Shown piece by piece: positions 28,215-39,336 of a stretch of DNA of 64,000 bases. Position numbers and translations under genes: made by a program. Where the stretch lies: contig JAHFGV010000001.1 in assembly GCA_023247255.1 (NCBI GenBank), positions 22,464 through 86,463 of the forward strand. Reading direction: 5' to 3'. Source of the stretch: Candidatus Omnitrophota bacterium. Lineage in GTDB: Bacteria; Omnitrophota; Gorgyraeia; Aquiviventales; Aquiviventaceae. How positions within the stretch are numbered: position 1 is the first letter of the stretch; every line of letters starts with the position of its first letter. Below the pieces are notes generated by a model that was given only the letters and a program-made list of their open reading frames with translations, searched no databases and was not told the origin of the DNA.

Positions 28215-29494
28215 ACGGATGAAAGTTGGCCAGAGAGCGTTTCCGAGACCGGCCCGACGACGGCCAGATGAGTCTTGGCGTTCGTAAACAAAGATCTAGC
28301 GACCTTTTGAATATGGGAAGTGCTGACTCGTCGCAATTGTTTCAGAAGGCGTCTGGGCTCGGCAATGCCACCCACCGTGATTGCTTGCTCTCCCATCCAG
28401 AGCATGTGGTCCATGGAATCTTCCAGGCCCATGATGAGCTGACCTGCGTAGTAGTCTTTCGCCCGCTTGAGTTCTGATGAAGGAATCGGATCCCGACGGA
28501 TACGCCTCAGCTCCCGGCAAATGGTCTGTACCGTTGCTGTCAGTTTTCCCGTATCACAACCCGCGTAAATCACGAACGCCCCGGTGTCGCGGAAACGTTT
28601 GATCTGCGTGCCGATTTCATAGACCAGCCCGCGTTTTTCGCGGACCTCCCGGAAGAGCCGAGAAGACATGTTCGCCCCCAGAATCACATGCAAGATTTCC
28701 AGGGCGAAACGATCCGGATGCGTTCGGGGAACAGCGTACGTGCCCAAGCAGAGATGGGTCTGCTCCGTGTCTTTTTTCCATACCCGAACCTGGGGTTTGC
28801 TGCGGGCTCGCGGGGCCGCAGACAAACGAACTGCCGAACGTTCGGTTTTCCCTGCCCTGAAAGCGCGAGTGATCTGGCGCGTGAAGACTGAGAAGTCATC
28901 CGCACCGGCGCAGGCGACGAGCATGTTTCTAGGCTGGTACATGCGTCTCCAGTAACGCACCAGGTCTTTTCTTTGGATGCGCCGGACCGAATCGATGGTG
29001 CCTGACAACAACGTGCCCAAGGGATGGTTGGGCCAAAGCAACTGATTGAAAAGATCATGCACCAATTGGCCTGGGGCGTCCTCATACATTCGGATTTCTT
29101 CAAGAATCACCTCGCGTTCACGCTCCACATCCCCGGGCTTTAGCGTAGGAGAGCAAACCATATCGGCCAACACATCAATGGCTCGTCGGGCATACTGGCG
29201 GGGAACCTTGGCCATATAGCAGGTGAACTCCTCTGCCGTGAATCCGTTCAGGGAACCCCCGATCCCTTCGACGTGCTGCTTGAGCGCTTCGCAGGAACGC
29301 CGCCGCGTGCCTTTAAACAGAAGATGCTCCAGAAAATGCGAAATCCCGGCCAACTCAGAGGATTCGTAACGCCCCCCCGCCTGAACCCAGATTCCTACAG
29401 CAACAGACAAAGCATGAGGCATTCGGTGGAACGCCAACCCGAGGCCATGGGGGCCTGGACTCATGACGTAGGTTACAGAAGGGATTTTTGACAT
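28199..29494 (-). CDS. M16 family zinc peptidase (pitrilysin-like)
   Basis: HFLEHLLFKGT HxxEH zinc motif. Confidence 0.88.
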   Translation of the reverse strand: MSKIPSVTYVMSPGPHGLGLAFHRMPHALSVAVGIWVQAGGRYESSELAGISHFLEHLLFKGTRRRSCEALKQHVEGIGGSLNGFTAEEFTCYMAKVPRQYARRAIDVLADMVCSPTLKPGDVEREREVILEEIRMYEDAPGQLVHDLFNQLLWPNHPLGTLLSGTIDSVRRIQRKDLVRYWRRMYQPRNMLVACAGADDFSVFTRQITRAFRAGKTERSAVRLSAAPRARSKPQVRVWKKDTEQTHLCLGTYAVPRTHPDRFALEILHVILGANMSSRLFREVREKRGLVYEIGTQIKRFRDTGAFVIYAGCDTGKLTATVQTICRELRRIRRDPIPSSELKRAKDYYAGQLIMGLEDSMDHMLWMGEQAITVGGIAEPRRLLKQLRRVSTSHIQKVARSLFTNAKTHLAVVGPVSETLSGQLSSVCRIE

Positions 29495-29505
29495 TAGCTG
29501 TGGTT

Positions 29506-29946
29506 TCAGGTTTGAGATCCCTTTTCCTGACGCTGGCGCTCCAGAAATTGCTGAAGGATGAGTTGCGCCGCGACTTGGTCCACTACTTGTTTGCGGCTTC
29601 GGTGAGGCAAACGGATCTCGCGCAGGGCGCGTTGGCTTTGCACCGTCGTTAATCGCTCGTCTATCATCCGGATAGGAACAACCAGCCGTTGGCGTAATGT
29701 TTGCACGAAGGCTTCAACCTTCCTGGCTTGTGGACCTCGATCCCCGCGCATGGTTAGAGGAAGGCCCACGACAATCATCTGGACGTTGTGCTGCTCAACG
29801 AGTTGACGAATGGCCTCTGCATCCGAGGCAGCCGTCGCCTGCCGATTCAGCACCGTGAGACGGCCAGCGGTCAGTCCCAAGGCATCGCTGAGGGCAACCC
29901 CCACGCGTCGTTCTCCAACGTCCAAACCCAGGATTCGGCCTTCCAT
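29506..29946 (-). CDS. ruvX: Holliday junction resolvase-like RuvX/YqgF
   Basis: ILGLDVGERRVGVALSD. Confidence 0.9.
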   Translation of the reverse strand: MEGRILGLDVGERRVGVALSDALGLTAGRLTVLNRQATAASDAEAIRQLVEQHNVQMIVVGLPLTMRGDRGPQARKVEAFVQTLRQRLVVPIRMIDERLTTVQSQRALREIRLPHRSRKQVVDQVAAQLILQQFLERQRQEKGSQT

Positions 29947-29947
29947 G

Positions 29948-31063
29948 CTATTGATAAGGTTTCAACTGTGGGCGTTGAGCGAGCTGCCTGAGCAGTTGAC
30001 GCACTTCTTGAGATGCCTTCGGCGAACAGATCAGGGTTGCTGAAGGGCTCTGCACGACGATGAGATTTCTGACGCCGATCGTTGCCACCAAGTGCGATTC
30101 CTCACCGATGACCGTGACGTTGCGGCTTTCAATCCCGACTGTTTTCGGAGATCGACACAAATGAGCCCATGCGTCCCAGCTTCCCAAGTCCATCCAATCG
30201 AATCGTCCTTCCACGACGATCGCACGAGTCAGCATGTCCATCACCCCATGGTCAAAGGAGATGTTATCGAGATGGCGATACGCAACCTGGGCTCGATGAA
30301 CAAACGATTTTCTACCCACCCGATTGGCCAATGGAAAAAGACGACAGATGTGATTGGGAAGATACTCGGTCAAACACTCAAGAAAAGTGTCCGCGGCGCC
30401 GATGAAAATACCGCTGTTCCAGAAAGTGCGTGGGCGTCTGATAAGCTGCGCTGCGACCGATCGGGTCGGTTTTTCCACGAATCGGTCAAGACGAAACACA
30501 CCTGTGGTCAACGGAGTGCCCGCGCACAGGTATCCCAGTCCGCAATGGGGATAGGTAGGATGGATGCCGATCGTTACAATCGTATCATGGGCCAAGGCGG
30601 CGCGGATCGCCGTTCGGAGATTCTTGCGAAAGGCCCAGACGTTTCTAATCCAATGATCCGCAGGCATGACCACCATGATTTCTCGAGGGTTGCGGATGGC
30701 TAGCGCGATGGCCGCCAGTCCGATGCAGGCTGCTGTGTTTTTGGGCTGTGGTTCAACCAACAGGGAGTTCTCAAGATTGGGTGTTCGCTGGTTGCTGTGA
30801 CGCAAGCAATCACGGATCGCATCTTCTTGCCCGTTCGTTGTCACGATCAGCCACCGAGCGTCTGGCCAGAGACCTCGGAGACGATCGATTGTGGCTTCCA
30901 AAAGGCTGTGTTTACCGTCGATGGACAGGCAGACCTTGGGTTTATTCGTACGGACAAGCGGCCACAGACGTTCCCCTCTTCCCCCAGCCATGATGACGAT
31001 GGTTACGTGAGATCTGTTCCCAGCCGCTGGTTGATGTTTTTGGGTGCGCAGGTGTGGTTTCAT
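29948..31063 (-). CDS. Mannose-1-phosphate guanylyltransferase-like nucleotidyltransferase
   Basis: IMAGGRGERLWPL NTP-transferase G-loop. Confidence 0.75.
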   Translation of the reverse strand: MKPHLRTQKHQPAAGNRSHVTIVIMAGGRGERLWPLVRTNKPKVCLSIDGKHSLLEATIDRLRGLWPDARWLIVTTNGQEDAIRDCLRHSNQRTPNLENSLLVEPQPKNTAACIGLAAIALAIRNPREIMVVMPADHWIRNVWAFRKNLRTAIRAALAHDTIVTIGIHPTYPHCGLGYLCAGTPLTTGVFRLDRFVEKPTRSVAAQLIRRPRTFWNSGIFIGAADTFLECLTEYLPNHICRLFPLANRVGRKSFVHRAQVAYRHLDNISFDHGVMDMLTRAIVVEGRFDWMDLGSWDAWAHLCRSPKTVGIESRNVTVIGEESHLVATIGVRNLIVVQSPSATLICSPKASQEVRQLLRQLAQRPQLKPYQ

Positions 31064-31887
31064 AAGGCTGTCCTGAGTCGATGGATAAACCGGAAGGCTG
31101 CTGAGTAAATATCCTGCCGGTTCCTTGCCTGCCCCATGGCTTGGAGCAAAGCGCTGCCAACGATGACCCCATCGGCTACTTCACTCACCGTGCGGGCTTG
31201 TGCCGCAGTGGAAACTCCAAAGCCAACGCACACGGGCTTGGAGCTGAGACGCTTGAGGTTGCGAACGCCCGATAACAAACTTTCCGGTAACTGTCTGCGA
31301 GCCCCCGTCGTACCCGTCACAGAAACGTAGTAAATGAACCCTTCGGACATTTGGGCGATGGATCGCAGACGCTCGGAGGAGCTGGTCGGGGCGGCTAAAA
31401 AGATCGTGGCAAGCTCGTGAGCCGATGCGACTTGATGAAACATTCCGCCCTCTTCGATGGGCAGGTCCACAACGATGAGTCCTGATATTCCGCTGCGTTG
31501 GGCAGCGCGGATGAATGCCACAGGAGTGCCCCCTTCTGTAGGTCTGCCGACCATGGGCCTGCCGAATTGAATAATCGGATTCCAGTAGGAAAGGCAGATG
31601 ACAGGAATGTGGATTCGATGACGGACCGATGCCACGACGTCCAAGACCTTCTGTGGGGTGGTTCCCCTTGACAACGCGCGCATGGAAGCTTGTTGAATCA
31701 CGGGGCCATCCGCTAAGGGATCGGAAAATGGAATTCCTACTTCGATCAAATCGGCTTGCGCGTCTTGCAGACACAGTAAGAGTCGGGCGGTACTGGAAAG
31801 ATCCGGATCCCCTGCCATGATGAAAGGAATGAGGGCTTTGCGGTTTTTCGATTTAAGTCGGTCAAATCGCAAGTCAATGGCGTTCAT
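31060..31887 (-). CDS. trpA: Tryptophan synthase alpha chain
   Basis: [22 protein letters not shown]. Confidence 0.95.
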   Translation of the reverse strand: MNAIDLRFDRLKSKNRKALIPFIMAGDPDLSSTARLLLCLQDAQADLIEVGIPFSDPLADGPVIQQASMRALSRGTTPQKVLDVVASVRHRIHIPVICLSYWNPIIQFGRPMVGRPTEGGTPVAFIRAAQRSGISGLIVVDLPIEEGGMFHQVASAHELATIFLAAPTSSSERLRSIAQMSEGFIYYVSVTGTTGARRQLPESLLSGVRNLKRLSSKPVCVGFGVSTAAQARTVSEVADGVIVGSALLQAMGQARNRQDIYSAAFRFIHRLRTAL

Positions 31888-33086
31888 CCCCCCAGATGCT
31901 CCGCCATCGTCTGCGCGTCCTTGTCGCCGCGTCCAGACAGACCAAGGATGACGACCGTCCGGCGCTTGAGTCGTGGGGCAAGATTCTCCAGATAGGCGAT
32001 GGCATGCGCCGGCTCAAGGGCTGGCAGGATGCCCTCGGTTCGGGCGAGTAGCCGGCAAGCTTCCAGGGCCTTGCGGTCAGTGACAGCGACATACTGGGCG
32101 CGGCGCGTGAGTTTGTAATAAGCATGCTCAGGGCCCACACCGGGATAATCCAACCCGGCAGCGATTGAGGCGGTAGGAAGCACCTGGCCGTAACGATCCT
32201 GAAGGAGCAGGCTGTAGGATCCGTGGAGAACCCCGGGACGACCCTTGAGTAAGGTCGCTGCATGATGTCCGGGGCTGAGTCGGTTTCCTCCAGCCTCGAC
32301 CCCGATACAGCGCACCGAACGATCATTGGCGAAGGCATGGAACAGCCCGATCGCATTGGAGCCGCCCCCCACACAGGCGATTAAAAGATCAGGCAGACGG
32401 CCGGTTTCTTGAAGAATCTGCCGACGAGCTTCCTGGCCAATGACGGATTGGAAATCTCGGACAAGCAGGGGATAAGGATGAGGCCCGACGACCGATCCGA
32501 TGCAGTAATGGCTGGTTCGGACCGTGGTGACCCAATTACGAATGGCTTCGTTGCAGGCATCTTTCAAGGTTCTTGTTCCCGTACGAACCGGGCTGACACG
32601 CGCCCCTAACAGGCGCATCCGAACCACATTCAGGTTTTGCCGCTCGATGTCATCCTCTCCCATAAACACTTCACAGCTGAGTCCAAAGAGGGCTGCCGCG
32701 GTTGCGGTGGCGACTCCGTGTTGGCCGGCTCCTGTTTCCGCGATCAGGCGCTTTTTGCCCATCCGCACAGCTAGAAGCGCCTGCCCGAGGGCATTGTTGA
32801 TCTTGTGAGCTCCCGTATGAAGCAAGTCTTCTCGTTTTAAATAGACGCAGAGCCCGCCGAACTGCTTTCCGAGGCGCTTGGCATCATAAAGCGGCGTCGG
32901 GCGTCCCGCGTAGTTCTGGAGCAGTCGATGGAACTCTCGGCGAAACTCAGGATCTTGACGGGCCTTGGCGTAGGCGCGCTCCAGTTCAGAGAGCGCCCCC
33001 ATGACCGTTTCTGGAACGAATTTACCCCCGAACGGACCAAAGTGTCCTGTCGAATCAGGTAGTGTTTGTCGTCGAGACATAGGCAA
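31884..33086 (-). CDS. trpB: Tryptophan synthase beta chain
   Basis: [23 protein letters not shown] lysine. Confidence 0.95.
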   Translation of the reverse strand: MPMSRRQTLPDSTGHFGPFGGKFVPETVMGALSELERAYAKARQDPEFRREFHRLLQNYAGRPTPLYDAKRLGKQFGGLCVYLKREDLLHTGAHKINNALGQALLAVRMGKKRLIAETGAGQHGVATATAAALFGLSCEVFMGEDDIERQNLNVVRMRLLGARVSPVRTGTRTLKDACNEAIRNWVTTVRTSHYCIGSVVGPHPYPLLVRDFQSVIGQEARRQILQETGRLPDLLIACVGGGSNAIGLFHAFANDRSVRCIGVEAGGNRLSPGHHAATLLKGRPGVLHGSYSLLLQDRYGQVLPTASIAAGLDYPGVGPEHAYYKLTRRAQYVAVTDRKALEACRLLARTEGILPALEPAHAIAYLENLAPRLKRRTVVILGLSGRGDKDAQTMAEHLGG

Positions 33087-33136
33087 CTCTAGGACTCTTG
33101 CTGAAACGGCTATGATAACTGAAAGGTCTTAGGGTG

Positions 33137-34261
33137 TCAAACGCGGATCGTCGGAAAAGGGACCTGGAAGTCGACGCAAAGACCGATACCCCGACGTTGC
33201 GCCTGTCGGGTCACTTCATGTCCCAGGACCACATCATGGATGGCAATGCCTGTGGAGTCAAAGACGGTAAGCCCCGTACCCCGAATCCGGGTGGGACTTT
33301 TGTAGTACGGGGTAAGCGGTTTGGGGTTCTGACGAAGTCTTTTGCGCAAAAGCAGCAACTCGCCCAGACTTGCATGGATATCCTTAGGGTGAAATTGACC
33401 CCGTCGAACAGGAACGTTGATTTCACCACCATGAACCGCTTGTTCGTAGTTATCGACCACGACAGTCGCGTCTTTGAGGATGCGCGGATCCAGCTCCTGT
33501 TTGCCCGGTCCATCGGCTCCGATGGCATTGATATGCGCTCCAGGACGCAACCAGGAGCGCATCACCAACGGACGTCGGGATGGCGTCAATGTGACGATAA
33601 TATCCGCATCCCGCACGCAATCTTTGACCGTGGTGGCAGGCGCAAATGAGATTCCTTTCACTAACGGCCGCATCCGACGGCAGAACCGCTGGGCTTCTTT
33701 TGCCAGATACCCCCACACATTTACCTGCGACAGGCCGAAGACTTCAGCCAGCGCCAGCAATTGGGCATCGGCCTGAGCCCCGCAGCCGATGAGCCCTACG
33801 ATACGGCTGTCTGGTCTGGCCAAAACCTCAGCCGCAACCGCGGCCGAGGCCGCAGTGCGTAACTTGGTGATGAGCAGCCCATCCATAACGGCTAACGGAA
33901 ACCCGCTCGCCGGGTCATTGATGATGATTAGAGCCATCACCGTTGGCAGGCCTCGTCGGGGATTCCGTGGATGGACATTCACCCATTTCATGCCGCACGC
34001 TCCGGTCGATGTCACATAAGCCGGCATCGCGCGAAAGTCACTTCCATCCGGAAGGCTCAAGTAAACCTTGGCCGGCATGATGGTCTTACCGCTGGCGCTG
34101 ACGATGAAGGCTTCGCGTACCAACCGGATGGCTGTAGGCATGTCGATCAGCCTGGCCACATCGCGTTGCGTCAATATTCGAGTCCTCAGAGACATCTGAC
34201 CGATGGAATCGTCGATTGCCGATCTTCGGTTTTCGATTGAAAGCCGTTTCCAGCCTGCCAA
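33137..34261 (-). CDS. Ornithine cyclodeaminase / mu-crystallin family protein (start ambiguous, M1 34261 or M23 34195)
   Basis: LIGCGAQADAQLLAL Rossmann, OCD/mu-crystallin architecture. Confidence 0.75.
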   Translation of the reverse strand: MAGWKRLSIENRRSAIDDSIGQMSLRTRILTQRDVARLIDMPTAIRLVREAFIVSASGKTIMPAKVYLSLPDGSDFRAMPAYVTSTGACGMKWVNVHPRNPRRGLPTVMALIIINDPASGFPLAVMDGLLITKLRTAASAAVAAEVLARPDSRIVGLIGCGAQADAQLLALAEVFGLSQVNVWGYLAKEAQRFCRRMRPLVKGISFAPATTVKDCVRDADIIVTLTPSRRPLVMRSWLRPGAHINAIGADGPGKQELDPRILKDATVVVDNYEQAVHGGEINVPVRRGQFHPKDIHASLGELLLLRKRLRQNPKPLTPYYKSPTRIRGTGLTVFDSTGIAIHDVVLGHEVTRQAQRRGIGLCVDFQVPFPTIRV

Positions 34262-34530
34262 TCGTCAATCGACCCCGTCATTGCGCCATGGCCGAAGGAT
34301 GTGAGCGACACGGCAGTGCAGAGCCGATTGGGTGGACGGGATGTCGCCCCACTCGAAGCGGACTTGCCGGTGCCACAGGCTTGTCCCGTGGGGCTCCTCC
34401 CCGCCATCGGGCCTCGACCTTCGGCTTTCGGCCCAGTTGGTTTGCTTAAGCGAACGGGTGGGCGGGATGTCGCCCCACTCGAAGCGGACTTGCCGGTGCC
34501 ACAGGCTTGTCCCGTGGGGCTCCACAATAT
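34262..34530 (+). repeat. REP/MITE-like element family 1, copy G (tandem doublet) filling the ocd-ychF intergenic space
   Basis: cccgtcattgcgccatggccgaagg...gggatgtcgccccactcgaagcgg...gtgccacaggcttgtcccgtggggctcctccccgccatcgggcc...gggcgggatgtcgccccactcgaagcgg...ggggctccacaatattt. Confidence 0.9.
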
Positions 34531-34532
34531 TT

Positions 34533-35618
34533 CTACTGGCCGATACGAAAATGGATGACATCTCCGTCCTGAACGACGTAGTCTTTTCCTTCCAAGCGCA
34601 GCAGCCCCTGGGCGCGCGCGGCGGATTCACTTGCGCAACGGACTAAATCCTTGGTGGAGATGACTTCCGCTCGGATAAATTGTTTCTCAAAATCCGTGTG
34701 AATGACCCCGGCCGCCTGTGGAGCCTTTGTGCCTTTAGGAATCGTCCAGGCCTGAAGGATCTTGGAGGTGGTGGTAAAGAAACTGATCAAGCGCAATAAC
34801 GTCGCACTTTCTCGGATGATCCGGTTCAAAGCGGATTCCTGGATGCCACAGGCCTGCATCATGGCTTGCCGATCCGAAGGCTCCAATTCAACCAATTCTG
34901 CTTCCAATTTTGCGCAGCAGATGACTAGACCCGATTGTTCGTCGGCAATTTTCTGACGCAGGCTATCCCAGGCGGCGCTTAACGCTGTTTCTCCAACGTT
35001 GGCGATATAAAGAACAGGCTTCGCGCTCAACAGATCGATGCCGAAAGCCTGGGGATGTTCTTCGCCTGCCAGTGGCAGGCGTCGAATGGGGATTCCCTTG
35101 CTGAGTGCTTCGATCCAACGGCTGATGACATCCAGGAATTTTTGAGCCTGTTTGTCTCCGCTTCTGGCGAGTTTCTGATCATGGTCGGCTCGTCGTTGCA
35201 AGATCTCAAGGTCTTTGAGAAGCAGCTCGGTTGTGATGATTTCCACATCGCGCAAGGGATCTACGGACTCCAGGGTGTGGGCGACGTTTGAATCCTCGAA
35301 ACAGCGAACGACGTGAAGCAGAGCATCGACGCTGTAAACATGGCTTAAGAACTGGTTGCCCAGCCCTTCGCCTTTATGCGCGCCTTTGACCAGGCCGGCG
35401 ATGTCGACAAACTCGATGCTCGTGGGAACCACGCGCTCAGGCGACACACAATTCCCCAAGGCCTCCAACCGTGGATCCTCGACGCTGGCAACGCCCACAT
35501 TGCGGTCGGTCGTCGTAAAAGGATAAGGAGCCACGGCTGCGTGGGCGTGGGTAAGCGCATTGAATAGGGTAGATTTTCCTGCGTTGGGCAGGCCCACCAG
35601 GCCAAGTTTGGATCCCAT
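34533..35618 (-). CDS. ychF: Ribosome-binding ATPase YchF
   Basis: LGLVGLPNAGKSTLFNALT, TGS C-terminal domain. Confidence 0.95.
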   Translation of the reverse strand: MGSKLGLVGLPNAGKSTLFNALTHAHAAVAPYPFTTTDRNVGVASVEDPRLEALGNCVSPERVVPTSIEFVDIAGLVKGAHKGEGLGNQFLSHVYSVDALLHVVRCFEDSNVAHTLESVDPLRDVEIITTELLLKDLEILQRRADHDQKLARSGDKQAQKFLDVISRWIEALSKGIPIRRLPLAGEEHPQAFGIDLLSAKPVLYIANVGETALSAAWDSLRQKIADEQSGLVICCAKLEAELVELEPSDRQAMMQACGIQESALNRIIRESATLLRLISFFTTTSKILQAWTIPKGTKAPQAAGVIHTDFEKQFIRAEVISTKDLVRCASESAARAQGLLRLEGKDYVVQDGDVIHFRIGQ

Positions 35619-35637
35619 CCCTTCACTCGCGAATCCG

Positions 35638-36060
35638 TTACTTTTGCAACAGCATTACGCCGCAGACAATCAGCACAGCCCCAGAGGCACGAGTCCAAGT
35701 GAGGGGTTCATGCAGAAACCAAAAGCTAAACAGGGAGGCGACCAAAGGATAGGCTCCTGCGATCGGGGTTACTTGAGAAACCGTGCCCAGTTGCAGTGCA
35801 CGATAGAAGGCCAGTTGGCCGATGAAACTGGCTAGAAATCCGCCTCCGGCTAAGAGAAAAAACGAAGGCAATCCCAGGTTTTGGATCAGCGCTGCGGGTG
35901 ACCAAAGGATCCAACCGATCAAAGATCCGAAGATCACGCCTATGCTGCGAACCAATACCCCGGTCGTGGCAGATACCTGGGCTCCCAGCCCCATTTTCTC
36001 CATCAACGGAACGATTCCCCAAATACAAGCCGTCACTAGCGCCCAAGACGATCCGTTCAT
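35638..36060 (-). CDS. Small EamA/DMT-family membrane protein (4 TM)
   Basis: Hydrophobic EamA half-transporter; GAGGAGG RBS before MNGSS suggests start at 36060. Confidence 0.7.
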   Translation of the reverse strand: MNGSSWALVTACIWGIVPLMEKMGLGAQVSATTGVLVRSIGVIFGSLIGWILWSPAALIQNLGLPSFFLLAGGGFLASFIGQLAFYRALQLGTVSQVTPIAGAYPLVASLFSFWFLHEPLTWTRASGAVLIVCGVMLLQK

Positions 36061-36184
36061 TTTCCTCCTCGTCAACCGGTTTCATTACCGATGGGTTTTA
36101 CAAAATCCGAGGAAAGACCCCCAGATTTATTGCCTTTGTTGCTCACTAACCACTGGTCACTCCGTCAGCCCTGCAAAACCTCAA

Positions 36185-36595
36185 TCAATGCATCTCTTCA
36201 AACGGGTAGGGTTGTTGCCCGGAGCGTTTGTCAAAGTAAGGCAGCGTGGGTAGGATGGGAGCAAAATTCTCTGGATAGGGGAGTAAGAAAGTGGCTGTCT
36301 CGTAGACACCAACGACAGTACGGGCCACTCCCTTGAATAAACCGACAGCCATTCCTGTGAAGATGCTGCCTGCAGTGTCTGTCGTACGGTACCGATTGTG
36401 GATGTTAAGAGGGATTTCCAGCCATCCACCGAAAATATTGGATATCCCGCGCCCCAGCTTTTCCAAGGAGGGATGGACATTGAAGCGTCCCATCACATCT
36501 TCGACAGGATCCTGAGACTCAGATACGACAGGCTGACCGGCCAAGGCCTGGGAGGCGCTTAAACAAAAAAGAGTCAGAGTGACCAGAGCCATCCG
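36185..36595 (-). CDS. Secreted protein resembling the exosortase-system-associated TIGR04073 family
   Basis: Signal peptide MALVTLTLFCLSASQALAG, then KLGRGISNIFGGWLEIP motif; family assignment from memory. Confidence 0.45.
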   Translation of the reverse strand, partial: RMALVTLTLFCLSASQALAGQPVVSESQDPVEDVMGRFNVHPSLEKLGRGISNIFGGWLEIPLNIHNRYRTTDTAGSIFTGMAVGLFKGVARTVVGVYETATFLLPYPENFAPILPTLPYFDKRSGQQPYPFEEMH

Positions 36596-36675
36596 TTCGT
36601 TAAATCCGCGATGCAAATAAGTCTTTAAACAACGAGTCGCCATGTGTCTGTTCCCTCCTTCGTTTTATAGTAGTT

Positions 36676-37419
36676 TTATCGGTTGAAAAGATGGCCGGCT
36701 ACGGTTTTAAGGCTGACGCAGCCGTGGCTGCCTACAATCACGTGGTCTAGGACCTCGATCCCCAACAGATGTCCGGCTGCCACCAAGCGTTTGGTGATTC
36801 GCAGATCATGATCCGAAGGATCCGGATCACCCGAAGGATGATTATGCCCTAAGATTACTGCTGCAGCCGAGGCGCTGATTGCTTCTTTGAACAGCTCTCG
36901 CGGATGCACGATGGTAGCCGAGAGGCTTCCTGTCGCGATGGTGCTCGCTCGAATTAAATGATGCCGATTGTCCAAAAGCAGGATGACGAAAAACTCTTTC
37001 TTTTTATGCGCCAGAATCGGACGCAAAATGTCAGCGGCTTTTTCCGAGCTGTCGATGGCGGGATGCAGGCCATTGGACGTTTGCGCAACCCGTCGAGAGA
37101 GTTCGGCGGCGGCTTTAAGCTGAATGGCTTTGGAAGAACCGATGCCATGAACGCAAGAGAGTTGTTCCACCGAAGCTTCTGCGATTCCGCGCAAAGATCC
37201 AAAAGTCGCCAGCAATCGCTGGGCACTCATGAGCACCGACTCCCTGGCGACTCCCCTGCCCAGGATACAAGCTAACAGCTCCTGTTCGGAAAGGGCCTCC
37301 GCTCCCAGTCGAGCCAGACGTTCCCGGGGACGTTCCGACTCAGGCAAATCTCGAATCGTCAAGGATCTGTGATGCGGCATCTTACCATAGACTGGGGCTT
37401 TACAAAACGTGTCTTCCAT
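36676..37419 (-). CDS. radC: DNA repair protein RadC (JAMM/MPN)
   Basis: HNHPSGDPDPSDHD JAMM motif, HhH N-terminus. Confidence 0.92.
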   Translation of the reverse strand: MEDTFCKAPVYGKMPHHRSLTIRDLPESERPRERLARLGAEALSEQELLACILGRGVARESVLMSAQRLLATFGSLRGIAEASVEQLSCVHGIGSSKAIQLKAAAELSRRVAQTSNGLHPAIDSSEKAADILRPILAHKKKEFFVILLLDNRHHLIRASTIATGSLSATIVHPRELFKEAISASAAAVILGHNHPSGDPDPSDHDLRITKRLVAAGHLLGIEVLDHVIVGSHGCVSLKTVAGHLFNR

Positions 37420-37511
37420 AGCCAGAAAAACTACAACCCGAATTCAGCATTTTACATTTCCCCTTGCGCTACCAGGCTGCGGAAAAATCCATTTTGGTTC
37501 TGGGCTGAGAG

Positions 37512-37598
37512 AATCTTCGATTGTAGATTTTCGATCTTCGATTGGAAAACATTGATCTGCCAACAAATCGACAATCGACGATTGACAATCGACAATTC
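37512..37598 (+). repeat. Palindromic element family 2, second copy
   Basis: cgattgtagattttcgatcttcgattgg...aatcgacaatcgacgattgacaatcgacaattcg. Confidence 0.7.
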
Positions 37599-37614
37599 GT
37601 TGGCATTCCAGAAC

Positions 37615-39324
37615 CTACCAGGCTCCTCCCCCACCCCCACCACCCCCGCCACCCGAAAATCCGCCTCCTCCAGAGCTGCCTCCTCCAAAGCCACTGGTGT
37701 CTGATCGAGGAGCAGAAGTAAAAGAATGTCCCATGGACGATGTGGCTTGAGTAATGTCCTGACCTAATTGACGTGCGGAAAAATGGTCCCAGGAACCGAC
37801 GTACCAAGATGGCGGCTGGGTATAAAGTCCTTCAAAAACCCGTGTCCATCGATCGGCGACGCCCAATGCCAAGGCATAAGGCAGAAACCGTTCAAACAGG
37901 CTCGGATCGTTGATTTGCCGCAAACGATCTTGGTCGGTGCGTCGGAGGAATTCCAAGAATCCAAAGATGTGCTCGGTGGTTTGCGCGCCTTTGAGTGTTC
38001 GCCGGGGCATGAATAGGCCAAAGACGATGATGATCAGCCCACAGAGGGCCGAGGCAATCTTGGAGGTAATGGTGTCGATTCCCCGCGAATGCTCAAGTGC
38101 TTGAAGTCCGAAAAATAGGGAAATCCCTAACGCCCAGCCGAAAATATGATAGCGGCTGCGAATACGGTCGGGATGGCTGTCCAAATACCCAGCCTCGATC
38201 AGTCCCTGATACAACTGATCTCGAATCTTGGGCAGTTTCTGGTAAAACACCTCATTGAGATCCGAAAGGTGTATAGAGGTTTCTGAAACGTCGAAGATTC
38301 CTTTCAAAAGCATTCGCTCATGCGGCTTAAGATGCGGGTCCTGTTCCCAGGGTTTTAAGCTGACGAGTTGATAGTCCCAGCCCCCGAATCGTTTCGCCTT
38401 GATTATTCGAAGATAGCCGCGGACGGCCAAATCGATGACGGTGGCGGTGATGTCTCTCAGGTTAACACGCTGATCGATCAAGGTTCCCAATTCGGCGGGA
38501 CTTACATCCTTGGGGGGCTCATACTGAACCATTGGGGAAGTTTCCAGACGAACCTCCCGTCCGCGTGCCGACCAGAGTGCCGTCATCAGAGAAAGCACAA
38601 GCAATACAAGACCATACATCCAATTATCTTCAATCCACCAACGGAAGATACGCCATCCTGAAGGGGGTTGAACCAGGCCCTTTTCCCAGGCTACCGCAGC
38701 CGTTAGCCCTTCATAAGGCTCAAGCCCTTCAGAAGGTTCAATCACCACGTGATCCACAAAGGTGTGCAGATGCTGCGTATGCGCGGTGGACCCGTAGCTT
38801 CCCAGATAGGCGATAGCCCTGAGTTCTTTAACCGTGTCTGGCAAGCGGATTTCCCCGCGTGCCTTTCGAATGGGTACCGCCCACTCGTTACCCGTGAGAT
38901 TCCAATAGCATTCATCATGGTCCGGGAAAAAGCGAACCGCCCCGCGCTTGACCTTGTAGATGATTCGGTAAGTTTGCCGACCGCTCAGTGTCAAATCAGG
39001 ATCTCCGATTCGGATACGATGGTAAGGTCCCGTGGATTCCGAGTGATACTTCAAAGCCCTGCCCGAGTCGTCGGTTATCTCCTCAATCTCTAGACGCATC
39101 CTGAAGGGTTGTCCGGCTCGATCCCTAGCATGAACTGGGATGTCCCGGTAAATACCGTGGCGGGCTTCTTGTTTAAAGTCTGCCAGAATCGTTTCCGTGA
39201 TCGTTGCGGTCGCATCCCGATGTATCTGGACTTGTGTGTCGAAGCTAGCGATTTCCCAAGCCTGTGCCGAGCCTGGAAACAAAAGCACCCCAATAATATT
39301 CAACCACCAGCGACTGAAAATCAT
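37615..39324 (-). CDS. DUF2207-domain membrane protein with Gly-rich C-terminal tail
   Basis: Signal peptide, TM segments, C-terminal [18 protein letters not shown]; paired with LemA as usual. Confidence 0.8.
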   Translation of the reverse strand: MIFSRWWLNIIGVLLFPGSAQAWEIASFDTQVQIHRDATATITETILADFKQEARHGIYRDIPVHARDRAGQPFRMRLEIEEITDDSGRALKYHSESTGPYHRIRIGDPDLTLSGRQTYRIIYKVKRGAVRFFPDHDECYWNLTGNEWAVPIRKARGEIRLPDTVKELRAIAYLGSYGSTAHTQHLHTFVDHVVIEPSEGLEPYEGLTAAVAWEKGLVQPPSGWRIFRWWIEDNWMYGLVLLVLSLMTALWSARGREVRLETSPMVQYEPPKDVSPAELGTLIDQRVNLRDITATVIDLAVRGYLRIIKAKRFGGWDYQLVSLKPWEQDPHLKPHERMLLKGIFDVSETSIHLSDLNEVFYQKLPKIRDQLYQGLIEAGYLDSHPDRIRSRYHIFGWALGISLFFGLQALEHSRGIDTITSKIASALCGLIIIVFGLFMPRRTLKGAQTTEHIFGFLEFLRRTDQDRLRQINDPSLFERFLPYALALGVADRWTRVFEGLYTQPPSWYVGSWDHFSARQLGQDITQATSSMGHSFTSAPRSDTSGFGGGSSGGGGFSGGGGGGGGGGAW

Positions 39325-39336
39325 GCGTTTGGTTTC

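Noticed and set aside
30092-30703. 203-aa plus-strand ORF
   Set aside because: Antisense to the nucleotidyltransferase gene 29948-31063 with no recognisable domain.
31181-32374. Minus-strand ORFs 31181-31774 (197 aa) and 31874-32374 (166 aa)
   Set aside because: Alternative frames inside trpA and trpB, both Arg/Pro/Ser-rich with no motifs. The trpA and trpB frames carry the family signatures.
10951-34530. Possibility that the recurring ~120-bp repeats form a CRISPR array
   Set aside because: Copies are tens of kb apart, in both orientations, with no regular repeat-spacer periodicity and no cas genes. Their internal palindromes fit REP/MITE elements instead.
34186-34630. ORF-track ORFs 34186-34527 (-), 34265-34630 (-), 34216-34449 (+), 34301-34558 (+), 34332-34646 (+) with repetitive Pro/Gly/Arg-rich translations
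   Set aside because: All lie inside the tandem family-1 repeat doublet between ocd and ychF. The same translations recur wherever the repeat occurs, so they are repeat artefacts, not genes.
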